64,000 bases of DNA from Octopus bimaculoides (taxonomy: Eukaryota). Position 1 is the stretch's first letter. Each line of letters starts with the position of its first letter. The translations under genes were made by a program, and so were the position numbers. Positions 38,100-51,894 of this stretch are shown here, one piece after another. The notes beneath the pieces were generated by a model. The model worked only from the letters and a program-made list of their open reading frames with translations. It did not search any database and had not been told where the DNA came from. The DNA lies in contig NC_068996.1 in the NCBI RefSeq assembly GCF_001194135.2, forward strand, positions 47,694,661 to 47,758,660, given 5' to 3'.

Positions 38100-38375
38100 A
38101 GCAAGACAGGAAAGATCTATTTTGACAAGCCTGTTACTATAGACTTCAATGGTTCCAGAGATACACTCTTTGTGGATAGAATCAAAAGGACCTACACAGA
38201 TGTTAATACCCTGGAGCCACATACCCGTCACATACACACTGCTCCACACACATATACACCCCCTACACACACTGCCTCACAAACATTTCCTCTACCTTCA
38301 CCAGGACACATTTTGACAACTTGTAGTGGTCGTCATGTTCATTGGCCTGAGAGGCTTTGTAAAACTATTTGTATA
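38100..38375 (+). mobile_element. Gypsy/Ty3 LTR retrotransposon pol C-terminal remnant
   Basis: KIYFDKPVTIDFNGSRDTLFVDRIKRTY...LTTCSGRHVHWPERL resembles the integrase C-terminus (DTVSIDRLKPAY ... TRSGRHVHWP). Confidence 0.65.
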
Positions 38376-38622
38376 TGAACTGACCCTTAGTGTCTGTTAT
38401 TGTCTTATATTTTCTTTTTTACAGGCTTGTTTTCTTCTTAATGTAGTCATGCTGTTTTCTTTTTCCAGTGTTTGAACATCTGTTGACTTCTCATGTATGC
38501 AATGTATTTTTATTTTGCCATTATTTGGAATATTCTATTTTGTATATTTTCTTCCTTTGCTTTACATTTTTTTCTCCTTCCTCTTTTTTGCTTATATCAA
38601 CTTCCAGTCTGCAGTGGGGTAG

Positions 38623-39030
38623 TGTAGTAAGACCAGAAAGATCTATTTTGTTTCTGTGGCATAGTTCAGTTGTGCTCTGGAAGATTCCATCCAATCAGAG
38701 CTGGAAGCATATGAATTAAATTGCAGTGATCTGCCTTAGCTGGGGGAATTCACTGCAGCACTGATGTTTGACAAGTCACATTTTCTGTGTCCACCACCAA
38801 CTATACACAACTCATTTGATTAATATCAGCTTCCACTTTGCTTCATATAAACCTCAGTGTATATAGTCATACGATTTTTCCTGTCTCGCATACACATATA
38901 CTTGGTTCCCATTCCTATGTAAGATTTATCCTTGTTACCACTTGCTAGCACTCATTACACTACTGAATAAATTTCAATGCTTTTGCTTTATAAACTTGCC
39001 TTCTGAAAATTCTTTATTCACACCTCTTTA
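38623..39030 (+). mobile_element. Possible degenerate 3' LTR of the Gypsy remnant
   Basis: Purine-rich AGTGGGGTAG (38613-38622) directly followed by TGTAGT, and AATAAA near 38966. No second LTR is available to confirm. Confidence 0.3.
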
Positions 39031-39179
39031 AGGAATCACTGGAAATGGATTCTTTCTATGAACTGTCTTTAAAAAAATGCACACAGTGGGACTGAACCCG
39101 GAACCATGTGGTTGGTAAGCAAGCTTCTTACCAGACAGCTACGCCTGCACCTGTATGTGTGTGTGTGTGTGTGTGTACA

Positions 39180-39605
39180 TATTCTTTTATTTCTTTACTT
39201 GTTTTAGTCATTTGACTGTAGCCATGCTGGAGCACCACTTTAAAAGGTTCTTGTCAGAGAAATCGACCTCAGGACTTATTCTTTGTAAGCCTGGTACTTA
39301 TTCTATCAGTCTTTTTTTGTTGAACTGCTAAGTTTCAGGGGCAAACACACCGCCTTCAGTTGTCAAGCAGTGTTGAGAGAACAAACACACATAAATACAT
39401 ACATATATATATATGTGTATGTATGTATACACGCATATATATACAATGGGGTTCTTTGAGTTTCTGTCAATCAAATCCACTCACAAGGCTTTGGTCAGCC
39501 TAAAGCTATAGTAGAAGGCATTTGCCCAAGATGCCACACAGCGAGACTGAACCTGAAACCATGAAGTTGGGAAGCAAACTTCTTACCAGACAGCTATGCC
39601 TATAT
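39180..39605 (-). mobile_element. SINE family A copy
   Basis: Reverse-complement tail-to-head similarity to 12197-12650. Confidence 0.8.
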
Positions 39606-40238
39606 ATGTAAATGCATACACACACACACGCACACCCACTGAAATTTCAGTCTTGTATGATTGTTATGAAATTCATTGAACATTTGAACTTTTATTATTG
39701 TCCATTTCTGTTAAATGAATTAAATATTGGAATTTGCATAAACAATTATTTTTTTTAAAGCAAGTTTTTCTGAATTTTCTCTTGTACTTTAAATCTCTCC
39801 TAAACTTTTTCGCTTATTTCCCACTGAAAAACAAATATAATTGTTGAAACCGGTATTGTATTTTGATAAGAAATTCTTCAAAAAAAATTCAAAACTATCA
39901 TTTCTTTTAAAACTCTGGTACATTTTCATCCGCCAAGAGGAAGTCTCCTATATTCTTTCCTGCATCTGAATAATCCTCTTTCCTTTCTCTTTCTCGATGC
40001 ACACACACAGACACATACACACACACACACACACATATATGTATATATATATAAGATACATAAACACATGCACAATGGGCTTCTTTTAGTGTCCATCTAC
40101 CAAAACTCATTACTCACAAGGCTTTGGTTAACCCAGAGCTATTGTAGAAGATACTTTCCCAAAATGCCATACAGTGAGACTGAACCCATATCTATATGCC
40201 TGGTAACTGAAGCTCTTAACCAGAGACATATCTGTCTA

Positions 40239-40297
<59 letters not shown>

Positions 40298-41169
40298 GCC
40301 TCGGGAGAGTCATTTTCTTTTAGTGCATTATTATTTAANNNNNNNNNNNNNNNNNNNNNNNNNNNNNNNNNNNNNNNNNNNNNNNNNNNNNNNNNNNNNN
40401 NNNNNNNNNNNNNNNNNNNNNNNNNNNNNNNNNNNNNNNNNNNNNNNNNNNNNNNNNNNNNNNNNNNNNNNNNNNNNNNNNNNNNNNNNNNNNNNNNNNN
40501 NNNNNNNNNNNNNNNNNNNNNNNNNNNNNNNNNNNNNNNNNNNNNNNNNNNNNNNNNNNNNNNNNNNNNNNNNNNNNNNNNNNNNNNNNNNNNNNNNNNN
40601 NNNNNNNNNNNNNNNNNNNNNNNNNNNNNNNNNNNNNNNNNNNNNNNNNNNNNNNNNNNNNNNNNNNNNNNNNNNNNNNNNNNNNNNNNNNNNNNNNNNN
40701 NNNNNNNNNNNNNNNNNNNNNNNNNNNNNNNNNNNNNNNNNNATATATATATATACATACATACACCAATAGAGAACTCTTTCAGTAAATCTACCAGTGA
40801 TTCCTGACCATTGTGAAAGTCATGTCACTAGAGGATAAATTTTCTATTATAGATAAAGAACCACAAAGAAAACCTATGGAATATAAAAGAGAAAATAACA
40901 AATAGTGCTAACCAAAAATCCATGCAGCAAACTTAGCACTGAGTTCCAAGTATTATGACTATCATTACAGAAAATGACTGTCAATATCATTTGAATAAAT
41001 TTATATTTTTGCTACATGTCTGTGACATTATGAATCAACACACAGTTTATTGTAGCATCAAGAACTGCTGTCATGTTGTATTTGCTAAGCGTTTGTAATA
41101 GATAAAGCACATTTTAATGTGAATGAATTGGAGCATTGTGGAGAGAAGTGTCTTTCCCAAGCATGCAAT

Positions 41170-41600
41170 TCACTGCTCAGCCTTGAAATTGAACTCATCT
41201 AAACTGACTCTCTCCCTAATTAGTTGGGCTATGACCCTCTCCGTGACCTTCATTACCTGATCTAAAAGCTTGATACCTCTGTAATTATTTGTATCTAAAG
41301 CGTCACCTTTACCTTTGTAGCAGTTGACTATGGTGCTGCTACACCAGTCATTGGGTATGACTCCTTTGTGTATCACCTGGTTCATAATACGGGTGACTAG
41401 GCTATAGCTGACACTGCCAGATATTTTGAGCATCTCTGCAGGGATTCCTGAAGGGCCAGGGGCTTTTTCTGTCTTCGTACTCTTAATTACTTTATCTACC
41501 ATGGTACTATCAATTAGGATAGCTGGTCCCTCTGTTGGATCGACATGCGACAGACTCTCTTCCTCCCATGGTTTTGAGCTCAATAGCCTTTTTTCGTCAT
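41170..41600 (-). mobile_element. RTE-type LINE reverse transcriptase fragment
   Basis: ORF KAPGPSGIPAEMLK...IPNDWCSSTIVNCYKGKGDALDTNNYRGIKLLDQVMKVTERVI, the N-terminal region of a non-LTR RT. Confidence 0.92.
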
Positions 41601-43469
41601 AGTCGTTGTCATAATTTAATATCCATTTTCCATACTGATAATTTCATCAACAAGAAATTTTCCTTATTTTCTTTTCATAAATTTTATTTCTGACTAGTTA
41701 AAAAAAAATCAAAATCTTTTTTATTCTTTCATCTTTTACTTGTTTCAGTCACTGGACTGTGGCCAAGTTGGAACACTGGCTTGAAGGGGTTTCAGTCAAA
41801 CAAATTGGTACAAATGCTCATTTTTTAAAACCTGGTACTTATTCTTACTATAACCAGCCATCTTTTTTTTTTATCTAATGTATACTTCATTTTTTAAAGT
41901 AGCAGTGTCTTATTTGAGGGAGATTTTCTTGCTAATTTTAGCATGTTGATTGACCCTAGAGGAACCTTTGTTGTGTTTAATATGTTGATATGTGTAAATA
42001 GGAAGATTTATGAATATAAGTAGGATAGTAACTTCATTTTTGTATCTGGTTTGTAAGATTCTTTATGTGAATTTGTGTGTTGAAACAAATTTTGTTGTGT
42101 CTAGGGAGAGTCATTACACCAATATAATTAACACATGTACTAGTTCAATTCAACTCCTTTATTATTAGTCAATTGGTTAACCCTTTCATTAAACTATTTC
42201 TGTTGAGATGTTCCATGTTTCTTTCAATTAATTTTAAATATAACAAAGAATTTTGTAAAATAACTCAGTTATCATTAAGCTAGTTATTAGGAACATAAAT
42301 TGTGACTAAGGTTTGGTGGAAGATTTTAATTTAAAACTTATGAAAACAGATAGACATATACATAGAGAAAGATAAATAGAGAGACAGATAGGTAGACAGA
42401 CAGTCAGACAGATAGACAAACAGACAGATAGATAGATACATAGATAGATAGATAGACAGATAGAGAAACCAACAGACAGAAAGACCGATAGAGAGACAGA
42501 CAGGTAGACAGACAAACAGACGGACGGAGAAATAGTAAGAGAAATAGAGAGAAAAAGAAGAGAACCAATCTTATACAGGACTGATAATTAATATATTGAT
42601 CTGAAAAGGAGAAAAAAATGTGAAATGTTGAAATCAGTAGATTTGAACTTGGAACAGAAACAATTAGAATAAATACTAGAAGGTCTTCTGTCTAATGACC
42701 TAATAATGATTCTACCGAAATGCTGCCTTTCTGAAAATAAACTAAACAGATATTGCAACAGATGTTGAAGTCTTCCCTTAGAATTTTTGTCTAAGATATT
42801 ATTGATTTTATGAATGAAACAGTTCTGAGAACAAAAATCATGATTGCACAGTTAAAGAAGCCTACAAATGGTGGTTATTATGGAAAAGGGGGTGAGTGGA
42901 GAAGAAAAAAATGGAACTCTTGCTTCAAGCGCTTTTGTCTGAAGTGCTGATTTGATTGACAGACTGAAGAGGAGTTCATGAAATCAATAACAGATTGTCA
43001 TTTTATTGTTTTGTCTTCTTTTTCCTTTATTGTTCGAAAATAAGAAGTTGTTGGTTTAAGTATCTCTAAACTTAAGCGTCTGCATGCTGTTGCTCTCATT
43101 CTTTATATCAATCATAACCATTCCCTCATTCTGTCTAACAAATTCTACCATTTTATAAGACAGTAGTATATGATATGAAGGTGTGTGGCTTAGTGGTTAG
43201 GGTATTCAGCTCATGATTGCAAGATCAAGAGTTCAATTCTCAGTAGTGAATTTTGAATGTATATTTATATTCACTTCTCACACTTCCTGATTATTATGGT
43301 TTATATACGTCTCATAAAATGATTTCATCAATCCAATCTCCTGGATTTTAGCTGCATAGATCTCGGAATTACACATTTCTGTACTGGGTTATTATGTGGA
43401 CTGGTAGCCGAGTCTGTTAGCGGAGCTTTCTCTAATAGCCACATAATTCTCAGAATCCATGTCTTATAC

Positions 43470-43503
43470 TATTCATATATATGTATATATATGTGTGTGT
43501 ATG

Positions 43504-43580
<77 letters not shown>

Positions 43581-43686
43581 GTATATATCTATGTATATAT
43601 GTATAATGTACTCTTCCATAATGGTAAGATCAACAAAAGAAGTACGCCATCTGGTGACATGTACATACACATATATACATACATAT

Positions 43687-43747
<61 letters not shown>

Positions 43748-43776
43748 CATACATATATATAAACACACACATACAC

Positions 43777-43815
<39 letters not shown>

Positions 43816-43897
43816 TATAGACATATATGCATACTCATATGTACATATATATATATATACACATATATATAAACAGATATACATGCATACATGCACA

Positions 43898-43948
<51 letters not shown>

Positions 43949-44035
43949 CTACACACATATTTACATATAAATAATGTGTGTGTGTGTGTGAGAGAGAGAG
44001 TGAGATAGGAGGGAAAGAGAGAGAGAGAGAGTGTT
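43470..44035. repeat. (TA)n/(CA)n/(TG)n compound microsatellite block
   Basis: Read directly from the sequence; source of the YI/HT/CV ORFs. Confidence 0.9.
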
Positions 44036-44794
44036 GATACTTGTCACTGTTTGTGTAAAGCAATGCTGGTTTTGACAATCTTTACTGACATGATGACAAG
44101 TCGCTCTGTGCTTTTGAAGACATGTATAATATCAAAAAAAAAAATGCCTTATTAAAAAAAACTGGTAAGGTTTGGAAAATCTTACCATAAAATCAATTCT
44201 AGGCCAAGTCATCTCAATGTGCAAAAAAACAGAAAGAAGAGTGAACATCAACATCATCACTATCATCATCATCACTATCATCATCATCAATATCATTTTA
44301 ATGTCCACTTTTCTATGCTTGCATGGGTTGGAAGGTATTTGTTGAGGCAGATTTTCTACAGGTGGATGCCCTTCCTGTCACCAACCTCACATTTTTTCAA
44401 GCATAGTCATATTTCTCCTTAGCCAGACATGTTCTCATGTTCTCTCAGAATATTGGTAATAAATGGCATTGCTTCTATAATATTGGCATTCATTTACAAC
44501 TATCACATAATATCTAGACCATGTGACACAAAAACAAACACATACACATATACACATATATATACAAATGGCTTCTTTCAGTTTCCTCTCGGCCAAATCT
44601 ACTCCCAAAGCTTCTCTTAACACAGGGCTCTGATAAAAGACACTTGCCCAAGGTGCTACACAGTGGAACTGAACCCCAAATCATGTATTTCAGAAACAAA
44701 TTTCTTACCACATGATATAAAACCACATTCACATATATCACTCTATGTGTGTAGTTAGTCTGATACACTGTATAACTAAATAGGTAAAAAGGTA

Positions 44795-45130
44795 AAGACC
44801 CCCTTTGGTCATGAACAACCATGGGATTGCACCTAGAAAGTTACTCTCCAAGGCACAAGTCCTGACAAGGTTTTCCATGGAAGACCAGCAGTCGGTCATG
44901 CATACCAGCCTCCCCTCTCCTTGCCATTGATGTTATCCAAGGGAAAGACAAAGGGGCCGATACAGATTGGCCCTTGTGATGTCGCAATTCATTTCTACAG
45001 CTGAGTGAACTGGAGCAATGTGAAATAAAGTGTCTTGCTCAAGAACACAACACACAGCCCAATCTGGAAACTGAACTCACTACCTCATGATTGTGAGCCT
45101 GATGCTCTAACCACTGAGCCATGCATCTTC
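44795..45130 (-). mobile_element. tRNA-derived SINE family D
   Basis: Minus-strand head GGCTCAGTGGTTAGAGC...GTGAGTTC. Near-identical neighbour at 45458-45790; inverted partial copy at 46490-46690; others at 27722-28030(+), 37135-37280, 56770-56878 and 14640-14762. Confidence 0.75.
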
Positions 45131-45457
45131 ACATATTCATTTATTCTTTTACTTGTTTCAGTCATTTAACTGTAGCCATGCTGGAGCACCTCCTTTAGTG
45201 GAACAAATCAACCCCAGGGTATATTCTTTGTAAACCTAGTACTTATTCTATTGTTCCCTTTTGCCAGACTGCTATGTCAGTTGTCAAGCAATGGTGGAGG
45301 GACAAAGACAGACTCACAAATACATACATATATATATAGCCTGTCATATATGTATTCATACACGATGTGGTTGGGAAGCAAGCTTCTCACTTCACACCCA
45401 CTCCTGCTACAATAGCAATATATATCTAAATGTAATGGTAATGAGGAAGAGGAGGAG

Positions 45458-45790
45458 AAAACCTTCTTCGGTCATGAATGATCGTGGGATTGCACCTAGA
45501 AAGTTCACCTCCAAGGCACAAGATGGGCAAGGTTGTTTGTGGAAGACCAGCAGTCACCCATGCATACCAGCCTCCCCTCTCCACACCACCAGTGTTATCC
45601 AAGGGTAAGGCAAAGGCCAATACGGCTTGGCACATGTGACGTCGCAACTCATTTCTACAGCTGAGTGAACTGGAGCAACGTGAAATAAAGTGTCTTGCTC
45701 AAGAACACAACATGCAGCCCGGTCCAGAAATCAAGCTCACAACCTCATGATCATAAGCTCAATGCTCTAACCACTGAGCCATGTGCCTTC
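45458..45790 (-). mobile_element. tRNA-derived SINE family D, second copy
   Basis: Direct repeat of 44795-45130. Confidence 0.75.
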
Positions 45791-46314
45791 ACATAATACT
45801 AATATATATAATATATATATTTATATATATAATATATATATATAATATATATATAATTATAATAGTAATATATGTGTAACTATAATATACAAAGCTATAT
45901 ATAACTACAAATAGTTGAAATGTCTTCCACATAATTATATCTCCATCCTCCACATTTTTTTAGTCAAGAAGCATTTGTTAAAAAAAAAAAAAAATTAAAC
46001 TCAGAATCACTTTGAATATCATTTTAAACAGCGTATTAACAGGAAAATATCGACAGCAAATACCAAATCTCACAAATAAACAAGCAAATGCAAAAAAAAA
46101 ACCCCCAAAAAAATCAACTAAATGACAACAAAACTACATGCAAGAAAATCATTGTTGTCATGACAACACTAACAGTCGCATTACCCTTTATATCAGTTAA
46201 TCAAGTAGAAGCAACATGCTTGCTAGGAATTGTGGGAAAAATGAAAACAGTCGGTAATTCCTGTGCTAAATAAAATTTGTTTCTGAATGAATAAACGGTG
46301 AGGATTTTTAATGC

Positions 46315-46355
<41 letters not shown>

Positions 46356-46779
46356 GAAGTAGTAGTAATGTTAGTATTATTACTATTATCATTATTAATA
46401 TAATTAGTAGCAGTAGTAAAGGAAGCTAGATTAAACACTTTTACAATATTTAGCTCCATCGATATAGCTTCCACTCTTTTTTTTCTCATAGGACGTTACT
46501 CCAGTTCACTCAGCTATAGGGATGAGTTGTGGCGTCACTAGTGCCAAGCTGTATCAGCCTTTGCCTTTGCTTTAACATCAATAGCATGGTGAGGAGAGGG
46601 CTGGCATGCATGGGCGACTGCTGGTCTTACATAAGCGACCTTGCCTGGACTTGTGCTTCAGAAGGAAACTTTCTAGGTTCAATCCCATGCTTTTACATAC
46701 ATCTATATATATATATGCATGTCTGTGTGTGTGTATATACACGTGTACATATGCACATGTGTGTGTGTGTGTGTATTCT

Positions 46780-46939
46780 TTTATTCGTTTCAGTCAGTTA
46801 ACTGAAGCCATGCTGGAGCGCCACCTTTAGTCGGACAAATCGACCTAGTACTTATCCGATCAGTCTCTTTTGCCGAGCCGCAGAGTTATGGGGATGTGAA
46901 CAAACCAACATAGGTTGGGGGACAAACACAGGCACACAA

Positions 46940-46990
<51 letters not shown>

Positions 46991-47180
46991 CACATATATA
47001 TATATATACATATATGACAGGCTTCTATGAGTTTCCGTCTACCAAATCCACTCACAAGGCTTTGGTCGGCCCAAGGCTATAGTAGAAGACACTTGCCCAA
47101 GGTGTCACACAGTGGGATTGAACCTGGAACCATGTGGTTAGTAACCAAGCTACTTACCACACACCTACTCCTGTACCTAT
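46780..47180 (-). mobile_element. SINE family A copy
   Basis: Reverse-complement similarity to 12197-12650. Confidence 0.8.
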
Positions 47181-47234
47181 ATATACATACATACACACAC
47201 ACACACATATATACACACACACACATATATATAT

Positions 47235-47281
<47 letters not shown>

Positions 47282-47719
47282 CATACACACACACACATAT
47301 ACACACACACACATATATATATACACACACATATATATATATATACACACACACATATATACATACACACACATATATACACACACACACACATATATAT
47401 ATACACACACACACATATACACACACACACATTTATACACACACATATGCACGCACACACGTATATACACACACACATATGTATATGAATATACATATAT
47501 ATATAAGAAATTCTCGAACGGTATTTTCGGATAATTACATTCCCTGTCAGCATATATGTGTACAATTATGTGCTTTGACTACAGCATTAGAGCAGTCTAG
47601 CTCTCATTTCTAGCAATATAAGTATTTCTAACACCCTAGTCAGATTTAGTGACAATTATAATTCTCCTTTCTGGTGAAACATTGCACACTGCTGTCTATA
47701 GTAATTTATATATGTATTA

Positions 47720-47910
47720 TATGATAGATCGCTAGCCACTCCACATTCTTTATTTTCTCTCCTTGATTCTTTCTGTGGAAGAGCGTAGGCTCGAAATGTT
47801 AAAGACTTTTTCACTTCCCAAGTGTTAAGCTAATATATCTATTTGTTTGCTACACCACCTGTCTTTATCTTTTGGGGGTTTTTTTTGTGTGTGAATTCTT
47901 CCCCTATATA
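47720..47910 (+). mobile_element. Third copy of the variant-HHR repeat family (motif 47768-47805)
   Basis: UCUUU-CUGUGGA-A-GAGC(GUAG)GCUC-GAAAU-GUU-AAAGA, followed by the shared flank ...ACACCACCTGTCTT. Confidence 0.55.
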
Positions 47911-47934
47911 TTATATTTCTTTGCTATTATCTCA

Positions 47935-48425
47935 TTGAAGTTGAATGGAAAGGTCTATAGGAGTTGTGTGAGAGCTGCAATGCTGTATGGGAGTGAGACG
48001 TGGTGTTTGAGGTAGAGAGAGACAGATGGCAATTTTGAGAAGGACTGAGAGAGCAATGGTGAGAGAAATGTGGTGGTGTGATGCTGTTTGATAAGAGGAG
48101 GAATGAGGACTTGATGGGGATGCTGGGGTTGGAGGAATCGGTGGAATGGCTGACAAGGGCAAATGGAGCGTGGTGGTATGGGCATGTGTTGAGGAGCATG
48201 TTCTGGAGAGGTTGCTTCAGTTTGAAGTAAATGGATAGTGAAAACGAGGTAGACTGAGGAAAATGTGGAGGGGACAGGTGAAGGAGGAGATTGGGAGGGT
48301 TGGCTTGAGAAGGGAAGATGCCCCAAAACTGGTGAGATGGTGTGAGGGTGGTTGCTATGGTATCGAGGTAAATTCAGCCACCCCCGTTAATAGGGACAAA
48401 ACCTGGATTTAAAATGATGGATGAT
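47935..48425 (+). mobile_element. RTE-type LINE 3' fragment with (GAT)n tail
   Basis: Broken translation SLKLNGKVYRSCVRAAMLYGSETW...LRRTERAMVR...LGLEESVEWL...WYGHVLR; ends in ATGATGGATGATGATGAT. Confidence 0.85.
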
Positions 48426-48439
48426 GATGATATGATATA

Positions 48440-48479
<40 letters not shown>

Positions 48480-48934
48480 GTCATTAAAACATATATCAGG
48501 AAGAAGCATACCCTAAAGAATAGAGCAGTAATTATTAAAACAAAAAGTTAAATATATATACATAAGTATGTTGATAAGTACCAACACACACACATACATA
48601 TATATATGTATATACACACACATAAATATATATTTGATAAATGTGAGAGATGGAAGATGGAAGATATGAAATGAATGGACAAACAAATATATGTGCATGT
48701 TTGTACACGTACATATGAAGCGCTTTCTTTCCTTGTCTGTTTGTCTGTCATTCGGTCTATTTATATCTTATAAACATATTCTTCCAACTTTTTTTCCTAG
48801 TTATAGCCATTAGAATACTGTTGTGCTCAGGCATTGTCTTCAAGAGTTTTCATTGATTGATCAGCTGTATCAACTCAAGTGCTTGTTCCAGCCCAGAACT
48901 TTAATTTGTCAATGTGTGTGTATACATATATTCT

Positions 48935-49142
48935 TTTACTCTTTTCCTTGTGTCAGTCATTTATTTGACTGTGGCCGTGTTGGAACACTGCCTTTAGTCA
49001 AACAAATCGATCCCAGGACTTATTCTTTGTAAGCCTAGTACTTATTCTATCCATCTCTTTTGCTGAACCGCTAGGTTACGAGTACGTAAACACACCAAAA
49101 TCGGTTGTCAAGCGATGGTGGAGAGAACAAACAGACACAAAG

Positions 49143-49184
<42 letters not shown>

Positions 49185-49320
49185 GTATGACAGGCATGGG
49201 TTTGGTCAGCCCAAATCTATAGTAGAAGACACTTGCCCAAGTGCGAGACAGTGGGACTGAACCCAGAACCATATGGTTGGGATGCAAGCTTCTTACCACA
49301 CAGCTATGCCTGCGCCTATA
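48935..49320 (-). mobile_element. SINE family A copy
   Basis: Reverse-complement similarity to 12197-12650. Confidence 0.8.
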
Positions 49321-49343
49321 TATGTGCCTGTTTGTATATGTAC

Positions 49344-49380
<37 letters not shown>

Positions 49381-51112
49381 ATCTTGTGAGAGTTATGCCA
49401 AAATGAAGTTTGTGTGTGTGTATATATATACATATTACATTTTACTTGTTTCAGATATTAGAATCGGCTATGCTGGGACACCACATTGAAGAATTTTTAA
49501 TCAAACAAATCAACCCCAGTGCTTAAGCAATTTTTGGTTTTTGTTAAGCCATGTACTTAGCATATGTGTGTGTGTGTGTCAAGGTGTATAATCTAAAGCT
49601 TAGAGACATTTCTACTGTTTTTATGTGTTTTAGATTCAAATTTCAGGTTGCTTTTTAATCTTTTTAGAATCAATAAAAGAAGTACCAGACGAACACTCGG
49701 GTTCATGTAATTGATCTATTCCACATCATCACCATCCTCATCTTCATTTAATGTCCGTGGTCCAAGTTGGCATGGTTTAGACGGTTTGACTGGGCTAGCA
49801 TGCTGGAAGGGTGTGCCAAACACCAGTCTGATTTGGCATGGTTTTCTATGGTTAGATGCCCTTCCTAATGCCAACCACTCCAAGAGTGTAATGGATGCTT
49901 TTACGTGCCACCAGTACGGGTGGCATGACACCAATATCTGTCACAACTGCAATTTTGCTCAGCTTCATGGGTCATCTTCTCAAGCACGACATAATGCACT
50001 CTTAAAATTGCTGGCCTTGTGCCAAAATTTGAAACAAATATTTTTGTTTTTGTTATTAGTAGGGCAGTGGTATTTTGCCCATCGCTACACTGAGTTCAAA
50101 TTCCACTGAGGTCGACTTTGCCTTTCATTCTTTCAGGGTCGATTAAATTAAATACCAGTTGCGTACTGAGGTTGATCAAATTGACTAGCCCTCTTCCCCT
50201 AAATTTCAGGCCTTGTGCCTATAGTACAAAGGTTATTAGTAGGGCAATGGATTACAGATTAATTGGAATATCAGGCAAAATATCTTGCTTTACTTCAGTT
50301 GCAAAGAAATGAAGAAAGTGGGGTGAACTGTCAAAGACAAGCGAAGAATCTGAGAGCAGTAAATTGTTAGAAGATAATGGATTGGTAGATGGGAGAGTAA
50401 ACTGGCAGAAGAAGGTGAAGTGGAAGAGGATGATGTATTGGCAGTGAGAAACGCAGGTGCAAGTGCCATATAGAAAAACACCTGTGTCAGTGCCACGTGG
50501 AAAAGCACCCATACCGGTGCCACATATAAATCTCCTGTGCCAGTGCCACTTAAAAAGCACCGAGTACAATCTGTAATGTGGGTTAGCATTAGAAAGGGCA
50601 TCCAGCTGTAGAAACCTTGCCAAAACAGACAATCGGGGCTCGGGCAGCTAACCAGCTTCTGTCAAACCATCCAACCCATACCAGCATGGAAAACAGACAT
50701 TAAATGATGATGATGAAATGAATAAAGGAAGGAAAATCCCACCCACCNNNNNNNNNNNNNNNNNNNNNNNNNNNNNNNNNNNNNNNNNNNNNNNNNNNNN
50801 NNNNNNNNNNNNNNNNNNNNNNNNNNNNNNNNNNNNNNNNNNNNNNNNNNNNNNNNNNNNNNNNNNNNNNNNNNNNNNNNNNNNNNNNNNNNNNNNNNNN
50901 NNNNNNNNNNNNNNNNNNNNNNNNNNNNNNNNNNNNNNNNNNNNNNNNNNNNNNNNNNNNNNNNNNNNNNNNNNNNNNNNNNNNNNNNNNNNNNNNNNNN
51001 NNNNNNNNNNNNNNNNNNNNNNNNNNNNNNNNNNNNNNNNNNNNATCACATAGCCCTATCTTCAAAAGCCTTCCAATAATGATCATTCCATCATTTTAAT
51101 ATATACTGGGAA

Positions 51113-51153
<41 letters not shown>

Positions 51154-51636
51154 ACATGATGGGCTTCTTTTCAGTTTCTGTCTACCAAATCCACTCACAA
51201 GGCTTTGCTTGGCCTGAGGTTATAGTAGAAGAGACTGAACCCAGAACCATGTGGTTTGGAAGCAAGCTTCTTATTACACAGCCACACCTGCGTCTAATTA
51301 AACTTTAATATTTAGCACGTTATTTAAATATCCTCAAAACCATGTCAAAGATACAGAACAAAATATTTTCTCCAATTATGAAAACGAACGACCAATGGTG
51401 CAACATAGCAATTGTGTAAAGTTTGCAATGAACCATAGGTGATACATGTAGCAGTTAATGTGTTAAAATAGCAGAATGTGACTTCAGGGAGTTCATGGGT
51501 GCTTTATATATGACATCAGCAGCTTTGACTGCAATCAACCATGAAGAGATACCCTCACTGGCTCATAGAAAGAGTTATGGTGAGAATCAGATAACCAAAA
51601 ATTATTTAGAGCATGCAAGAGTCAGAAAGTACTTAC

Positions 51637-51828
51637 CAAATACCATTGTTTTGGGTAGAAGGGATCTGTGGGTTCAGGCAACATGTTGAAGCGTTTATCA
51701 ACAGTCCTTAATTTTGGTGATAGCTGAGGATAAACTTGTACGCTTCCTTCTTGTTGGATAAGCTTTGAAAGTGGTTTGAAACCACGCTTTTGTCTCACAT
51801 AACCACTCTGTTGTACAGCGAATTTTAC
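51637..51828 (-). CDS. PCSK2: Prohormone/neuroendocrine convertase 2 (PC2), internal coding exon equivalent to vertebrate PCSK2 exon 3
   Basis: Reverse complement has acceptor ...tttttgtttgttttag|GTA and donor TTG|gtaagt. The exon is 192 nt, phase 0/0, and open: VKFAVQQSGYVRQKRGFKPLSKLIQQEGSVQVYPQLSPKLRTVDKRFNMLPEPTDPFYPKQWYL. This matches the PC2 pattern VKxAxQQxGxxRxKRGY/F...DPxxxKQWYL. Missed by the ORF track. Confidence 0.93.
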
Positions 51829-51894
51829 CTAAAACAAACAAAAATTAACATTAAAAAATGAAATCAGAGATTTTTTTTTTTTTTAAAGAAAATA

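Noticed and set aside
42851-42890. Plus-strand micro-exon candidate (ttgcacag...GGG|gtgagt); a similar one lies at ~5550-5575
   Set aside because: Good splice dinucleotides but no recognisable peptide or partner exons; expected by chance.
43459-44078. YI/HT/CV-repeat ORFs (also 47027-47613 and 52017-53791)
   Set aside because: Translations of (TA)n/(CA)n microsatellites.
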